The notes under the pieces were generated by a model that saw only the letters and a list, made by a program, of their open reading frames with translations, ran no database searches and was not told where the DNA came from. DNA of 64,000 nt from Penicillus capitatus (lineage: Eukaryota > Plantae > Chlorophyta): NCBI GenBank assembly GCA_965649825.1, contig OZ287702.1, forward strand, positions 1,044,786-1,108,785. Reading direction: 5' to 3'. How positions within the stretch are numbered: the first letter of the stretch is position 1; each line of letters begins with the position of its first letter. A program made the position numbers and the translations under genes. Positions 34,401-46,832 of this stretch are shown in pieces.

Positions 34401-37400
34401 TTGTTAGCGCTGAGGTCGACGCTGAAGCTGGACGAGACGAGAGCGGCAAACAACAGCGCGAGGGAAGGCGGATTCCTAAATGCTCAAGACTCAAACGTGA
34501 CGCTCGAGCGTACGAATGCAAGCGGCAACACTGCACAAGAGAATGGCGGATTCTTGTTGGCGTTGAGGTCGACGCTGTTGCTGGAAGAGACGAATGCGCG
34601 CACTAACAGCGCGAAGGAGGGAGGATTCATAAATGCTCAAGACTCAAACGTGACGCTCGAGCGTACGAATGCAAGCGGCAACAATGCACAAGACCGTGGA
34701 GGATTCTTGTTGGCGCTGAGGTCGACGCTGAAGCTGGACGAGACGAGAGCGGCAAACAACAGCGCGCGAGAGTATGGCGGATTCCTAAATGCTCAAGACT
34801 CAAACGTGACGCTCGAGCGTACGAATGCAAGCAGCAACGCTGCACAAGAGAATGGCGGATTCTTGTTGGCGTTGAGGTCGACGCTGTTGCTGGAAGAGAC
34901 GAATGCGCGCACTAACAGCGCGAAGGAGGGAGGATTCATAAATGCTCAAGACTCAAACGTGACGCTCGAGCGTACGAATGCAAGCGGTAACAATGCACAA
35001 GACCGTGGAGGATTCTTGTTGGCGCTGAGGTCGACGCTGAAGCTGGACGAGACGAGAGCGGCAAACAACAGCGCGGAAGCAGGAGGATTTATGAAGGCTC
35101 AAGATTCGAATGTGACACTCGAGCGGACGAGCGCGACCGCCAACAGCGCAGTGAAAGATGGCGGATCCATGTGCTTAGTAGAATCGAACGCGATTCTGAA
35201 GCACACGTTTGCGTCTAAAAACATCGCTCAAGAAAGCGGAGGGTTTATCTCGGCGCAAAATTCGACTATGAAGTTGGACGACACAAATGCAATCAACAAC
35301 AGCGCAACAGAGTGGGGAGGCTTCATACACGCGGCTAACTCTAAAGTAGCAATACAGCGCACTACTGCACTCGACAGCATTTCTAATTATGGAAGTGTTT
35401 TCGGGGCATTGAATTCATCTTTGGGCATCTCACAATCACAGTTCTTTCGCAACTCGGCGAAATCTTTTGGTGGTCTTGCCGCGGTTATCAAAAACAGCTC
35501 GATTTTCTTTATCGACTCTGCTATTAAACGCGCAAGGTCCAAAAACGGCGGAGCAATTTGGTTGGAGAAGTCTTGCTTGAGAGCGCACAACCTCTCCATT
35601 CTTCATTGCGAAGCAGACGAAAGCGGTGGTGGTGTGTATAGCATTGGGTCATCAACTGTCCTTTTTTCGGACTGTAAGCTTTATCACAACTCGGCAAAGA
35701 GAGGTAGAGGCGGCGCAATGTTTTTTGATGTTGATCTGGAACAGAATCTTGCTTTGCAATTACTCCAAAGCAGCATCAAGAACAACGTGGCAACGATGGG
35801 AGGTAAGCCCTCACCGTCTTTGTAAACACGACTGTCAACTATATGTGTATTCAGGTGGACTCTTCTTCGTCAGCGGCAAAAAAGAAGATGAATGCCTCGC
35901 CAACGGCACCCACTGTCCCTTCATGGCTTTGACAGAAACACAGTTTTCGAGCAATGAAGCCAGCGTTGCAGGAGGAGCAGTCTTCACTGGATACTTAGAA
36001 GCCATCCGCTTTAGTTGCACCAACGCTTCATCAGATGTCAATCTACGATTCTACGAGGAGATGGAGTGGAAACGCTTGAGGCAAGTTCAATCGGACAAGG
36101 ACATCTGCTCATCGTGGAAGGGCAATCGAGCCGAGGTTTACGGACAAAATATCGCGACGTATGCCGCAACTGCAGAGATGACGTTGCAAGATGCCAAAAG
36201 GTGTGCCTGCGTGAGCGGCAGAGAGAACTGTGTGATAGATGGATACCGTATTGGTACAGATCTTCCAACTGCAACAGTAAAGCTGTTAGATGAGCTCGGG
36301 CAAAAGCCTGCAATAAGCTACATCCTGGTGTATGCAAGCATGTCCTCACCGAATAGCGAATTCTTGTTTTGGCCGATTTCTCTGCCGATGGAGAATGGAT
36401 CCTGTTCTTTCCGATCCGTTAAAGGGTTTGTACCTCCGGGAGAGTACAATTTGACGGTCGAATTTGGCGAAAAAGAGATCGAGGACATCGGAATTACCGT
36501 GAAGGTTCACAATTGTTCTGTAGGCGAGTTTGTGTCGCCTGCTGGTTTTTGCGATAGCTGCAGCAGCACGACGTACAACTTCCTACTTTCAGCGAACGTT
36601 TGTCTACCCTGTCCGGAGAATGGGAACTGTGATCCCATGTGATCACACCAGAAGATGGCTACTGGCAGCAAATGCCGTGCTCAGAACGTCTTCACAGATG
36701 CCTACCGACCTCCGCCTGCGAATTCAAGGACCGCTCCCAAAACTTGAAGACCGTTGTTGAGAATGTAACAAGTTGTGATTTTGAGAGAGAATGGATTGAA
36801 GATTACACACAAGCTCAATGTGCTGAAGTAAGATCCATCCTCTTCTTCGGATGAATTAATCATCTTTCTGCCTGCTCCAAAGGGTTGTACGGGCCCTCTC
36901 TGTGGATCTTGCGAAGAAAACTTCGGCTCTGGTCTATCCTCGAAATGCGAAAGGTGTCTCAAGGGCTTCTTCAATGTGGGCTACATTCTGACGTCGGCGA
37001 TCCTTCTTTTGGTAATGACGAGCATCACGATCCATGGCACGGTCAGCGCCCTACGCAGAAACACCGAGCAGACTCATGAGCAAAGCGCACCGTCTTCATC
37101 GGCGGAAGTGCCCAGATCGCCACGCCTTGGGACGGAAGTGGGTGTAGACTGACATCATCAACTTCCACTTAATGAATGAGATGTAGGTCCAAGTCGCCGG
37201 AGTGCCTGCGTCCGAGAAAACTTTGGCTAAATGGAAGGCCGTCGAAATGTTCAAGGCACAAATCAATTCGTTTATCTCTAACTGAACTCGTCGTTTTGTA
37301 GATCACTCTAGGCTATGTCCAAACAACCGTTCTTCTAGCTTCTCTTGACGTGGGATGGGCGATTCCTGTGATCGTAATGGCAGCAGTGGCAGGCAAGGCT

Positions 37401-38518
37401 ACATTCTCGTGTCCCTCGGCTTATTCACTATTGTGCCGTTTCTAGAGTTGCTTGGCGGTCTCGCGTCTGATGGCATTCGACGCTCTGTCGTTTGTTTGTC
37501 TTCAAAACACCTGTCCTTGCAGCCAACGGCAATGGCACTCGTCGTCAGCGTCTGCGTTGTTCCCTGCGCCGTGTTTCTCTTCTGGACCGTGTTCTGGACA
37601 GCAAAATCAGCAAAATCCGGAAGCGACCGACTTCCCCGCTACCTGTCGAAGAGATGCTTGCTTTCGGCGATGGTCATTTGGTATGTCACCCTCGTCCCGG
37701 TGCTGAAGGCCGCACTAAGCGTCTTCTTGTGCATCAACGTGCACGATTCGACTGACTTGGCAAACGTCAACGTAACTCACATGTATTGGGCTGTCGACAC
37801 AAGCATGAGATGCTATGAAGGAGACCACAGCAAGCTCCTCTACGGAGTTGTCGTTGCGTTTGCGTGTCCAGTGTACGGCGGACTTCTCACACTCTTCGTC
37901 GTCTTCCTCAAAAGTGCGCCTCAACACCTCACCCACAAGGGCAGCTGGGCATACCAGACAACTGGATTCCTTTACCGCTCTTACAGAATGGATCATAGTC
38001 GATACTGGGAAGTCGCAGTCGTAATAAGAAAGATCGCTATCGCCTTTCTTGTATTTTGCGCCCATCTGTTCGACAGCGGATTACCGATCACCGGTGTCGC
38101 GTACATCATCATGCTTGCTATCTTGGCTCAGATTCTGGTGTTGCCGTACCGCGATGACTTTAAGGACCTCAATAGAATGGAACTGGCATCTCTTTTTGTA
38201 TCCGTGGCAACGGCGTTAGCAGCTTCCATGCTCAAAGACGAAGGCTACCCAGAAGACTTCACTCGCGAGCTGCTCACAGTCGCGTGCGCTTTGCTGAATG
38301 TCATTGCATTTATTGTTTTTGGTTTTTATATTCTCAAGTTTGCAGCTGAGTTCTTGAGATATAAGCTGATTGAGCGAGGGGAGCACAGTGCATCTGATGC
38401 TGGTATGTTTTGCATTCTGGCGCGCTGGATCAGCTACGAAGTCAAACATCTCATTAGTAAGATATATCCGACAACCGACCATCCAGAGATCGCCGAACAA
38501 TCGGCCATCGAGGCATAA
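31450..38518 (+). CDS. Giant Pmp-like (beta-helix GGx/N repeat) ectodomain + Cys-rich + multi-pass TM receptor-like protein; two 1-bp frameshifts (possible pseudogene or consensus errors)
   Basis: Repeated N-x-A-x-x-GG[FA] motifs, FSSNEASVAGGAVF, CxxC repeats (CDSCSSTTYNF, CLPCPENGNC, GPLCGSC), TM domain with GFLYRSY..YWEVAVVIRK and LPYR; colinear with the paralog at 58.5-64 kb; first exon not located. Confidence 0.8.
32353..35170 (+). repeat. Intragenic tandem array of ~18 units of 153 bp (51 aa = 26-aa A half + 25-aa B half)
   Basis: Near-identical units, e.g. NVTLERTNASGNRAQEYGGFLLALRS + TLLLDETSAANNSAIEGGFLNAQDS, counted in the translations. Confidence 0.97.
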
Positions 38519-39864
38519 GCAAATCAACATCCATTAGCAAGATAGTCTTTTCTTTTTCCAAGCTGAGCTCGTAAACGGGGCTCAATATTCGAAGCTGTGA
38601 CGGGACTTTTCCTCCTTTTCCATGCTGAAAAGAGTGACCTGCATTATGCACCCTATAGAGTGAGCCATGCGCTTTCTCTGTGACAGTTTTAAGTATGTGA
38701 CGTGACAAAACGTGCGTCTCTCGCCTCTCTTCGCGATAATCGAACAAGAAGAGCTCCATTGTCGTGACCGTCGACGACACCGCATGCAGGCGACTTCATC
38801 AGTCAAAAGTTCTACACAATCGTTTGAGAAACGGCTGTCCATGCAAACATTTGATCTATTCCAGCAACCTTAAATCACATCATCGCCGGTACGAGTGTGA
38901 AAACAGTTTGAATGTGCTGTTGAGAAGGTATCGTCGTGCTCCATCTCCAAATCTCTATCTAGCCGTCGAACCTTTGTTTTTGGAGCACTAGTCAGTTTTC
39001 ACTGAATTCGACAAGGAGAACTGACCACATACACCTGTAGAGGCCAGCGTCGCGAACAGATTGCTAAGTCGCGTTGAGTTCATAATGAATTTGAAAGCAC
39101 GACTAAGACGTCTCGTCCGGGAGATACTCTTTTATTAACAAGTAGAACTGCTTTCTGAACACCTCTATTAGTTAACCTTCTGCACAGCGGAATCGGATAA
39201 CATCCACAAGACGTCCGCGCGTTATGAATCCTGGGGAGCAATCATACATGTCCACTGAGAATGATTAAGTGAACCCAGGAGCCCTTTTAGAAACTGCCGT
39301 AACAAGAACGGAGTGAAGAACAGAGCAACAAAAATTGAAAGACTACTTCGATGCTCTTTCTCACTTATTCGATGGCCTTCAAACTAGCTGACCTAAAAGG
39401 AGAGAAAATAAAAGCACATATATCGCAAGCGTTTCCGTTTGCGGTCAACAGTCGGAAACGCCGTTATCGAATTTGTTGCAAAACGTTTCGCCAAACGCGT
39501 TTCAATTCCGTAGCACAAACGATCCCAGACTGGATGGAGACGAAGAGAGGAATGCCAAACAACGTGTCCTTCCACACTTAATCGTGACTTACAAGAAAAC
39601 ACCGCACATAGCTCAAATTAGCTAATCAGAATGGCCATTTGGTGAAACAATGAACTACACGACACAGATGTTGGCGGATGCCCATCGCGTCACGTAGAAG
39701 CATGTATCGATTCCATACGATCGGCCAGTAGTCATCTAGACGAACCGTTGATATTGGCAGAAATAAACATATCGCCGAATGACCGGTAACGAGTACCTGT
39801 GGCAAACCATCATGGGATTTGAACGATTTTCCTCCCTCAGTGTGCGAGCCGTCGTTTGTATTTG

Positions 39865-40570
39865 ATGACGTGGTTTTGCCATCTACCGTCACTCGATTCG
39901 TGCGTCGGTCTTCCTGTTCGCCGTCTCCGTCCCGTGTTACCACAGTGTAACGCCGCTGAAGCGTCACGTGGTTATCTCGGAGAGACACGCGGATATGTCG
40001 TGTACGTTGAGGTTTTTCCACATCGTCCTCGTAAGTTGTTCTCTTTGACCGCCTTTAAACTTAGCGTTCACGCTGTTTGTTATCGTCGTTTCCAGGTTGT
40101 GGCTCTCTGCAGCTGTTTTCTCGGCGCAGGTGTATTTGAGCTGGTTAATCGTTCATCTGAACAACGGTTTGTTTTGCGCAGAAACGCATGCTTTGACGAG
40201 CAGGCCATTCATCTTCCGAGAGGACGCCGATCTCGAACCGGAGAAGGAACAACTGGTAATGATACACCGACGATTGCTGGATCATCACTGGGGGTTCTTT
40301 GTCCCAAACGTCAGAGCTGGAGTCGCCCGCGCCGCTGTAATTATACGTTTCCTTGGCCCAAACCGAAACCGATGCTTTAAACCGCACGTTTTAAACCCCG
40401 CTTGCCAAAACATTACGTCTGTGATTGTCGCTCGGCGTCTTATCGACGCGGGAGTTCCATACCACATGACAGAAGACGGTCTGTACTTCGAAGCGATATC
40501 ATCTAGTGTATCCATCGAACCACTGCCGTCCGAAGTATCTATTGACGATTACAAATACCACAGCGATTGA
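39865..40570 (+). CDS. Hypothetical protein, possibly a degenerate Tpt1/KptA (RNA 2'-phosphotransferase)-like fold
   Basis: ORFs 39856-40380 and 40097-40570 join in frame through a putative 34-nt GT-AG intron (40096-40129); motif order resembles Tpt1 but catalytic motifs are altered. Confidence 0.35.
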
Positions 40571-41331
40571 TCAGACGAACCCGAGATGAAGCTAACCTGG
40601 ATCATCAAACTGGACGACATCATTTGGACCACTAAGAAGTCGTGACATCTAAAGTGGGAAGTGCAGTTGGTATGGGTTTATCTACTTCAGTAATGGATGG
40701 CATCAACTCTATTATACACATGGCTGTTGCACGTCTAGAACCGGTATCTCTGAATTCTCGAGTTATTGTCATCGTCGCTCAGTTGTTTAGATTATCTGTC
40801 TAGTGCCGACTGTCAACGCTGAACGCCTCTTTAAAAAACAAGACCTGTGAGAGATCTTCTTCGCCGATCGACATCGCACGAGGAGATCGATATGTTCATC
40901 GCGCCCCTTCCGAATAGTTTCATCGCGACGCACACTTGCGCAGTTTGCTGAGTACAGAATGACATTCTCAACAACGTGCTAAAGATTGTGTAGGCAACGA
41001 TTACGATTCGTGTTCTTCGTGCATTTCAGAGTCGATTTGTGATCCTGACGTCTTTACTGCCTTCTTTTCGAAATGCTTCTCATGGATGAGCACTGTCGAA
41101 GGTGCATTCCAGATCTCCAACGTAGTAGTTAACTCAGTCTGATACATCTAAAGGCATAGAACACATGAAGGTCTTTGTTGTCACACGTGGTGGCTGGAAG
41201 CACCTCCATCGCAAATACGGACCGGTGCTTTCCATCATACTTCCTATCTCAGCAATGTCGTCTGCTTATCAAAAGGTGTGTCTGTCTGTCATCTGTGATG
41301 ACATAGATGATAGCTTTTTCGCGCGACCTCC

Positions 41332-41863
41332 ATGATGTCGACGTTACCGACGAGAGATGTCTTTTTTGCCCTCGACAGCTTGGTGTACTCGGCAGACGTT
41401 GTAAGACGACTCGCAGGAAGAGACAAGAAAGAATGGCGCAAACGAGATATCGTGGCCCTCCGCGAAGCCCGTGAGACATATTTTCGAGCAATGGAGAAGC
41501 TCAAGACGATGGCATCGGCATCGGCATCGACATCGGCACAGAGTACAGTTGACCATCATATGGACGAAAACACATCAGGTAACCTTTTGCAGTGCACCTT
41601 ACCTACCATCGCGACCTTTCACTGCAGAAGAACAGATCATCGAGTTGCAGGAAGAAAAGGAGGCATTGGAAAAAGAACTTGCAGCGAAGAACACTCGGCT
41701 TAAATTCCTGCTGGCCACAAGCCGCGAAATTCTCGACATGATGGAGAGATGGGATCGTTGGGAGATGCCGCCAGAGGATCACCTAAAGAGACGTCAGGAT
41801 GATGCTCGACATTTACGAGCGGGTTCAGATATCTCTTCTGTGGACATGGAAAAAGTTGATTAA
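41332..41863 (+). CDS. Small coiled-coil protein, possibly MED30-like, 2 exons
   Basis: C-terminal EEQIIELQEEKEALEKELAAKNTRLKFLLATSREILDMMERW resembles the recalled plant Mediator 30 C-terminus. Confidence 0.45.
41511..41540 (+). repeat. (GGCATC)n microsatellite encoding Ala-Ser repeats
   Basis: ggcatc ggcatc ggcatc gacatc ggcaca. Confidence 0.8.
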
Positions 41864-42360
41864 GCCGAGGCGTCTTTGCAAAGAGCCCTGTGGATGGCGC
41901 GATGAATACCGTAACGCATCTTCGTCCCCGGGGCAACATTCCAGAGTGTACTCGGTTTTATGGATGCGTACAGGGATGCTGATGCCAGCAAAGGTGTTTT
42001 CTGTTTCTGAAGCAGAAATCTGATTCCGGCATCACACATCCTCTCTCACACATCGGCCTTCTGCAGATCGACACTTGATGCGACGATGCTCTTTCTCCTA
42101 TTGGGACCAACAACAACAAGATCTCAGACTGTTGACCACTAATTGCTGTATACGCAAAGACGGCAGTCGCTCAATAGACGTATCCAGAGGTGGCAACGAG
42201 TTGTAGTTTATAGTGCGCTTTGTATTGATTCCTTGTTTCGGCAACTGCGTCATTAAGAGATGCTAGACGAGCGCGACACTTCACAGAGTGATGACCTCCA
42301 TTTGTCATTTTGATTGAAACGGCTTCATCGACTCCGTCATTTCAGCTGTCATTGTGAAGG

Positions 42361-43571
<1,211 letters not shown>

Positions 43572-43605
43572 CGACGTTTTAAACACCATCCGTTCATCCA
43601 GACCA

Positions 43606-44610
43606 TCAGTCCGTCTTCTTGTACACCCACCACTTGTTTCTGTACCGATGAATTGGCAGGTTGTATTTCTTAGCGTGCTCGCGGACAGCTTGTGGAACTT
43701 CGGGCCAAGCCGGGGACCAATCATCGCCCAGCAAAACGCCTCCTTTGCGCAAGACCTCCCACCATAACGTGATGTCTTCTGCCACATCGACATAGCTATG
43801 TCCAGCATCGATATGGATTAACTCTGCTTTCTGTTGCAGCTCTGTCAGCGATTTTGCTGCTATCCTCGATGACGTCGGCATAGGAATAACAAACTCTGTC
43901 AGATTGAGCTGCACCACGTTGGAAACGAAGGTATAGAACAGAGTCGGATATCCGTTTTGAAACTGAAGATCTGTTTTTCGGTTCATCGAATCATGATCCA
44001 TCCAGTACTGCACAATGGGCAACCACATGTCCACGGCGATCAAGACACCGAATCCTTGCTCCTTCAGAGCAGCAGCGAGCTTCATGGCTGAGGCACCCTT
44101 CCAGACACCGATCTCGATGACCAGATAAGGCGACAGGCTCTGCACGAGAAGTCGATAGATATTCCCTCCATTATCCCATCCACTGAGATCTAATGGACGC
44201 AGTGTCAGATTCCGGTAGACGTCATGATCATCGTAAAAGAAATCGAGGCCAACGGAACAGTCCATGGCGCCATATCCTTCATAGCAGACGCAGCGCATGC
44301 CGTCACAGATGCCTCGTCTTCGTGACGCTCCACATTCCTCTGGACATCCCACTGTCCACTCCTCTCGTTGTGTCTCCGGTAGTCCATCCTCCAGAGAGTC
44401 GTCGTCATTGTATGCATGGTATGTGAATTTGTATCGACGCTTCAGGCGTATGAGCGAAGAGAGGCGAGACGGTTGACCGACCCCCGACGACTTTAAGGCA
44501 ACCCAGTTCCAGAATGCAATAAAACTGCCTAGGCAGATCAGGGCGTAGAGACGTGAGGTTCGGATAACATGCACGCGGCCCTTCGATGCATACTTCATTC
44601 TAGAGGCCAT
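43606..44610 (-). CDS. Type II membrane SAM-dependent methyltransferase (Methyltransf_24-like) with an EGF-like Cys module; intronless
   Basis: TM anchor; C-x3-C...C-x4-CVCYEGYGAMDC; VIEIGVWKGAS, AVDMW, GYPTLF, LIHIDAGHSY, GGVLLGDDW. Confidence 0.85.
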   Translation of the reverse strand: MASRMKYASKGRVHVIRTSRLYALICLGSFIAFWNWVALKSSGVGQPSRLSSLIRLKRRYKFTYHAYNDDDSLEDGLPETQREEWTVGCPEECGASRRRGICDGMRCVCYEGYGAMDCSVGLDFFYDDHDVYRNLTLRPLDLSGWDNGGNIYRLLVQSLSPYLVIEIGVWKGASAMKLAAALKEQGFGVLIAVDMWLPIVQYWMDHDSMNRKTDLQFQNGYPTLFYTFVSNVVQLNLTEFVIPMPTSSRIAAKSLTELQQKAELIHIDAGHSYVDVAEDITLWWEVLRKGGVLLGDDWSPAWPEVPQAVREHAKKYNLPIHRYRNKWWVYKKTD

Positions 44611-44669
44611 TCGGCACAGGAGATGGCGCACTCGTCATTTCCCTGCAATGATAGCGGAATGCCATTAAA

Positions 44670-46305
44670 ATGAGCAGCACCGCGTTGCAACAACGTCAGA
44701 GAGCTGTGCGTGGTCGGCGCGGGTTGATGCCGTGAGATGCTGACTGTTGCGTTAGGTGCGAAAACTGAGAACAGTCATCGCACATGGCGGCGTGGTAGCT
44801 GGCGAGAAGCCACTCGGACGCGAAGAGCAGTTCGATGCCATTCAGGGATACATAGGCCAATGCCTTGCCAAATCGAAGGGAGGACTGATCTACGCCACTG
44901 GGATCAGTGGAACAGGTCTATCGCATGGGCGAAAAGATCGTCGACGAATGACGGGCACTTTAGGGAAGAGCGTGACGGTGCATTCTGTCATGGCGGGATT
45001 GTGGAAGTACCCGAGTCCATTCGAAGCACCTCCTGCTCTGGTGTCGATAAACTGCATGAGCCTGACCACGCCCAAAGCTGTGTACGAGGCGATCTGGAAT
45101 GGCTATGAGATGCACAGCGAAATGCAAAGCCCGGCCGAAATTGCCTACCCCTGTCGAGAATCCGCTATCACGATTGGCATTTCGAAATACGACATCATCA
45201 AAGAAGAGATGACAACATTTGTCAACAGCGAAGTCCCGACGGAATCCAAGACAGCAAAACACAAGAGTGGCAAGAAACGCGACAAAACGCATCAGGACGA
45301 TGGGCAACGCAGCATGCTGATCGTGTTTCTCGACGAAATAGACAAGCTCATCGGCGGCAGGGTAAGCACACCTCTTCTCTCTGCAATTGTTTCCGACAGA
45401 GATACGGTGCAGAATATCGAGTTGTTGCTGAATCTCTTCTCCATGGCTGTCTCCAGCAAGAGGCTGGTGTTGATCGGAGCGGCCAATACACTCGATTTGA
45501 CAGACAGATGGATGGAGGACTTCGACAAAGCAGAATGCCTCCCTGAGCTGGTGTCGTTCCCTGCCTATCGTCCAACAGAAGTGTCTGCCGTGCTGAAGAA
45601 ACTCGCAACGCAGAGCGAAGATCCAGTCGTTTTGACCGATCGCGCGATTGAATTTTTGGCACGCAGAGCCTGCAGTACAGGAATGGGTGACATGAGGGGT
45701 GTCTTTCACATCTGTCAGTCTGCCTTGGCCACATTCGAAAAACGTAAGACCCTCGTTGCGTCCGGCTCTAAGAGTGCTGCTCTAGAGGAGAGTGGCGATG
45801 AGTGGGTAGGTATAAAAGAGATCACAGAAGTGTTTAATAAACTCCATACGGGCACAGATAACGAGCCCTACAGTGCTGTGTCTTCCTTGCCTCTCGATCA
45901 GCAGGTTCTGTTGTTGGCCGTTGTGCAACTCCTACAAGGTCATAGACAGAGATGCGACAAAGATTCGCCGGAAAGACAACGTCGTAAGAAATGTACCTCA
46001 CATAAAGGACGACGAGAGAATGTTGGACTCGATGTCGAAGCCATCTACCAACAGTGCGTCGTGCCGAGACCAACCGATTCGGGATGTGCGCTTGTGCGTG
46101 TAGGTACGTCAAAGCATGTAGAAACTTGTGCCTTGATGCGCATTCGAAGGCGGATGTATTGAACATGGTGACCATGTTATGTGACACTGGCCTTCTGTCC
46201 AAAGAGAAACCGAAGAAAGGAAAGCATTTCCGACTCGCTCTGCCCCTATCCACAGTACTGGAGTTCTTTGAGACTTCTCGTCTGTTTGCCGGGATGATGT
46301 TATGA
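44670..46305 (+). CDS. CDC6: Cell division control protein 6 (AAA+ replication licensing ATPase)
   Basis: GREEQ, Walker A GISGTG|KS split by an in-frame intron, INCMSL, Walker B IVFLDEID, LIGAANTLDLTDR, FPAY, GDMR; winged-helix C-terminus. Confidence 0.88.
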
Positions 46306-46832
46306 GACACCGCCAAGAAGGACATGTTCCGTCTAAACGGTTAGAAGAGCGTGCGCGCAGAACGAAGTACAACTTGTCAACTGGTCTGCTCGAACGCGTA
46401 CCTTACTCCAGTACTCGTGTTTTCGATTAAAGGACGCGAAGTTTCTTTATTCCTGCCTGTAAAGCTCCTTCATACACTCTGCCTAGGTAGCGTCTCAGTG
46501 TAGAAATCTGCAGGTATGCGAACAAACATCCCGTCTTCTTCCTAAGCGGAATCTCGCGATGATGCTTGGTTGAACGGCGCGAGCTATACGATCTACCATC
46601 GAGCCGTTATTCGCGTTGCTTTTCTTTGGGCTGGCAGCATCTCGATGGCCGAGAGGCATCTGCTCGGGAAGATCGGATGGCCTAGAAAAGAGGGAATCGA
46701 TGGCCTCTCGTCGCGCCGCCGCCCGAAGTTGGTGTTTTCGTCGACAGATGCGCGGTCGGGATGCTTTCGACATCGCGTTATCTCTCCGGATTTCTCGTCA
46801 TCTTCGTAAGACCGTGGGCCCGTTGTAGGAGA

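Noticed and set aside
32656-34606. Long alternative-frame and antisense ORFs (32656-34230 minus, 32762-34606 plus, 33107-33841 minus)
   Set aside because: Shadows of the stop-poor 153-bp repeat; the products have no sensible composition
32353-35170. Possible CRISPR-like repeat-spacer array
   Set aside because: Units are contiguous coding repeats without unique spacers; eukaryotic context; no cas genes
38520-41300. Transposon remnant
   Set aside because: No transposase, RT or integrase motifs, terminal repeats or target-site duplications recognised
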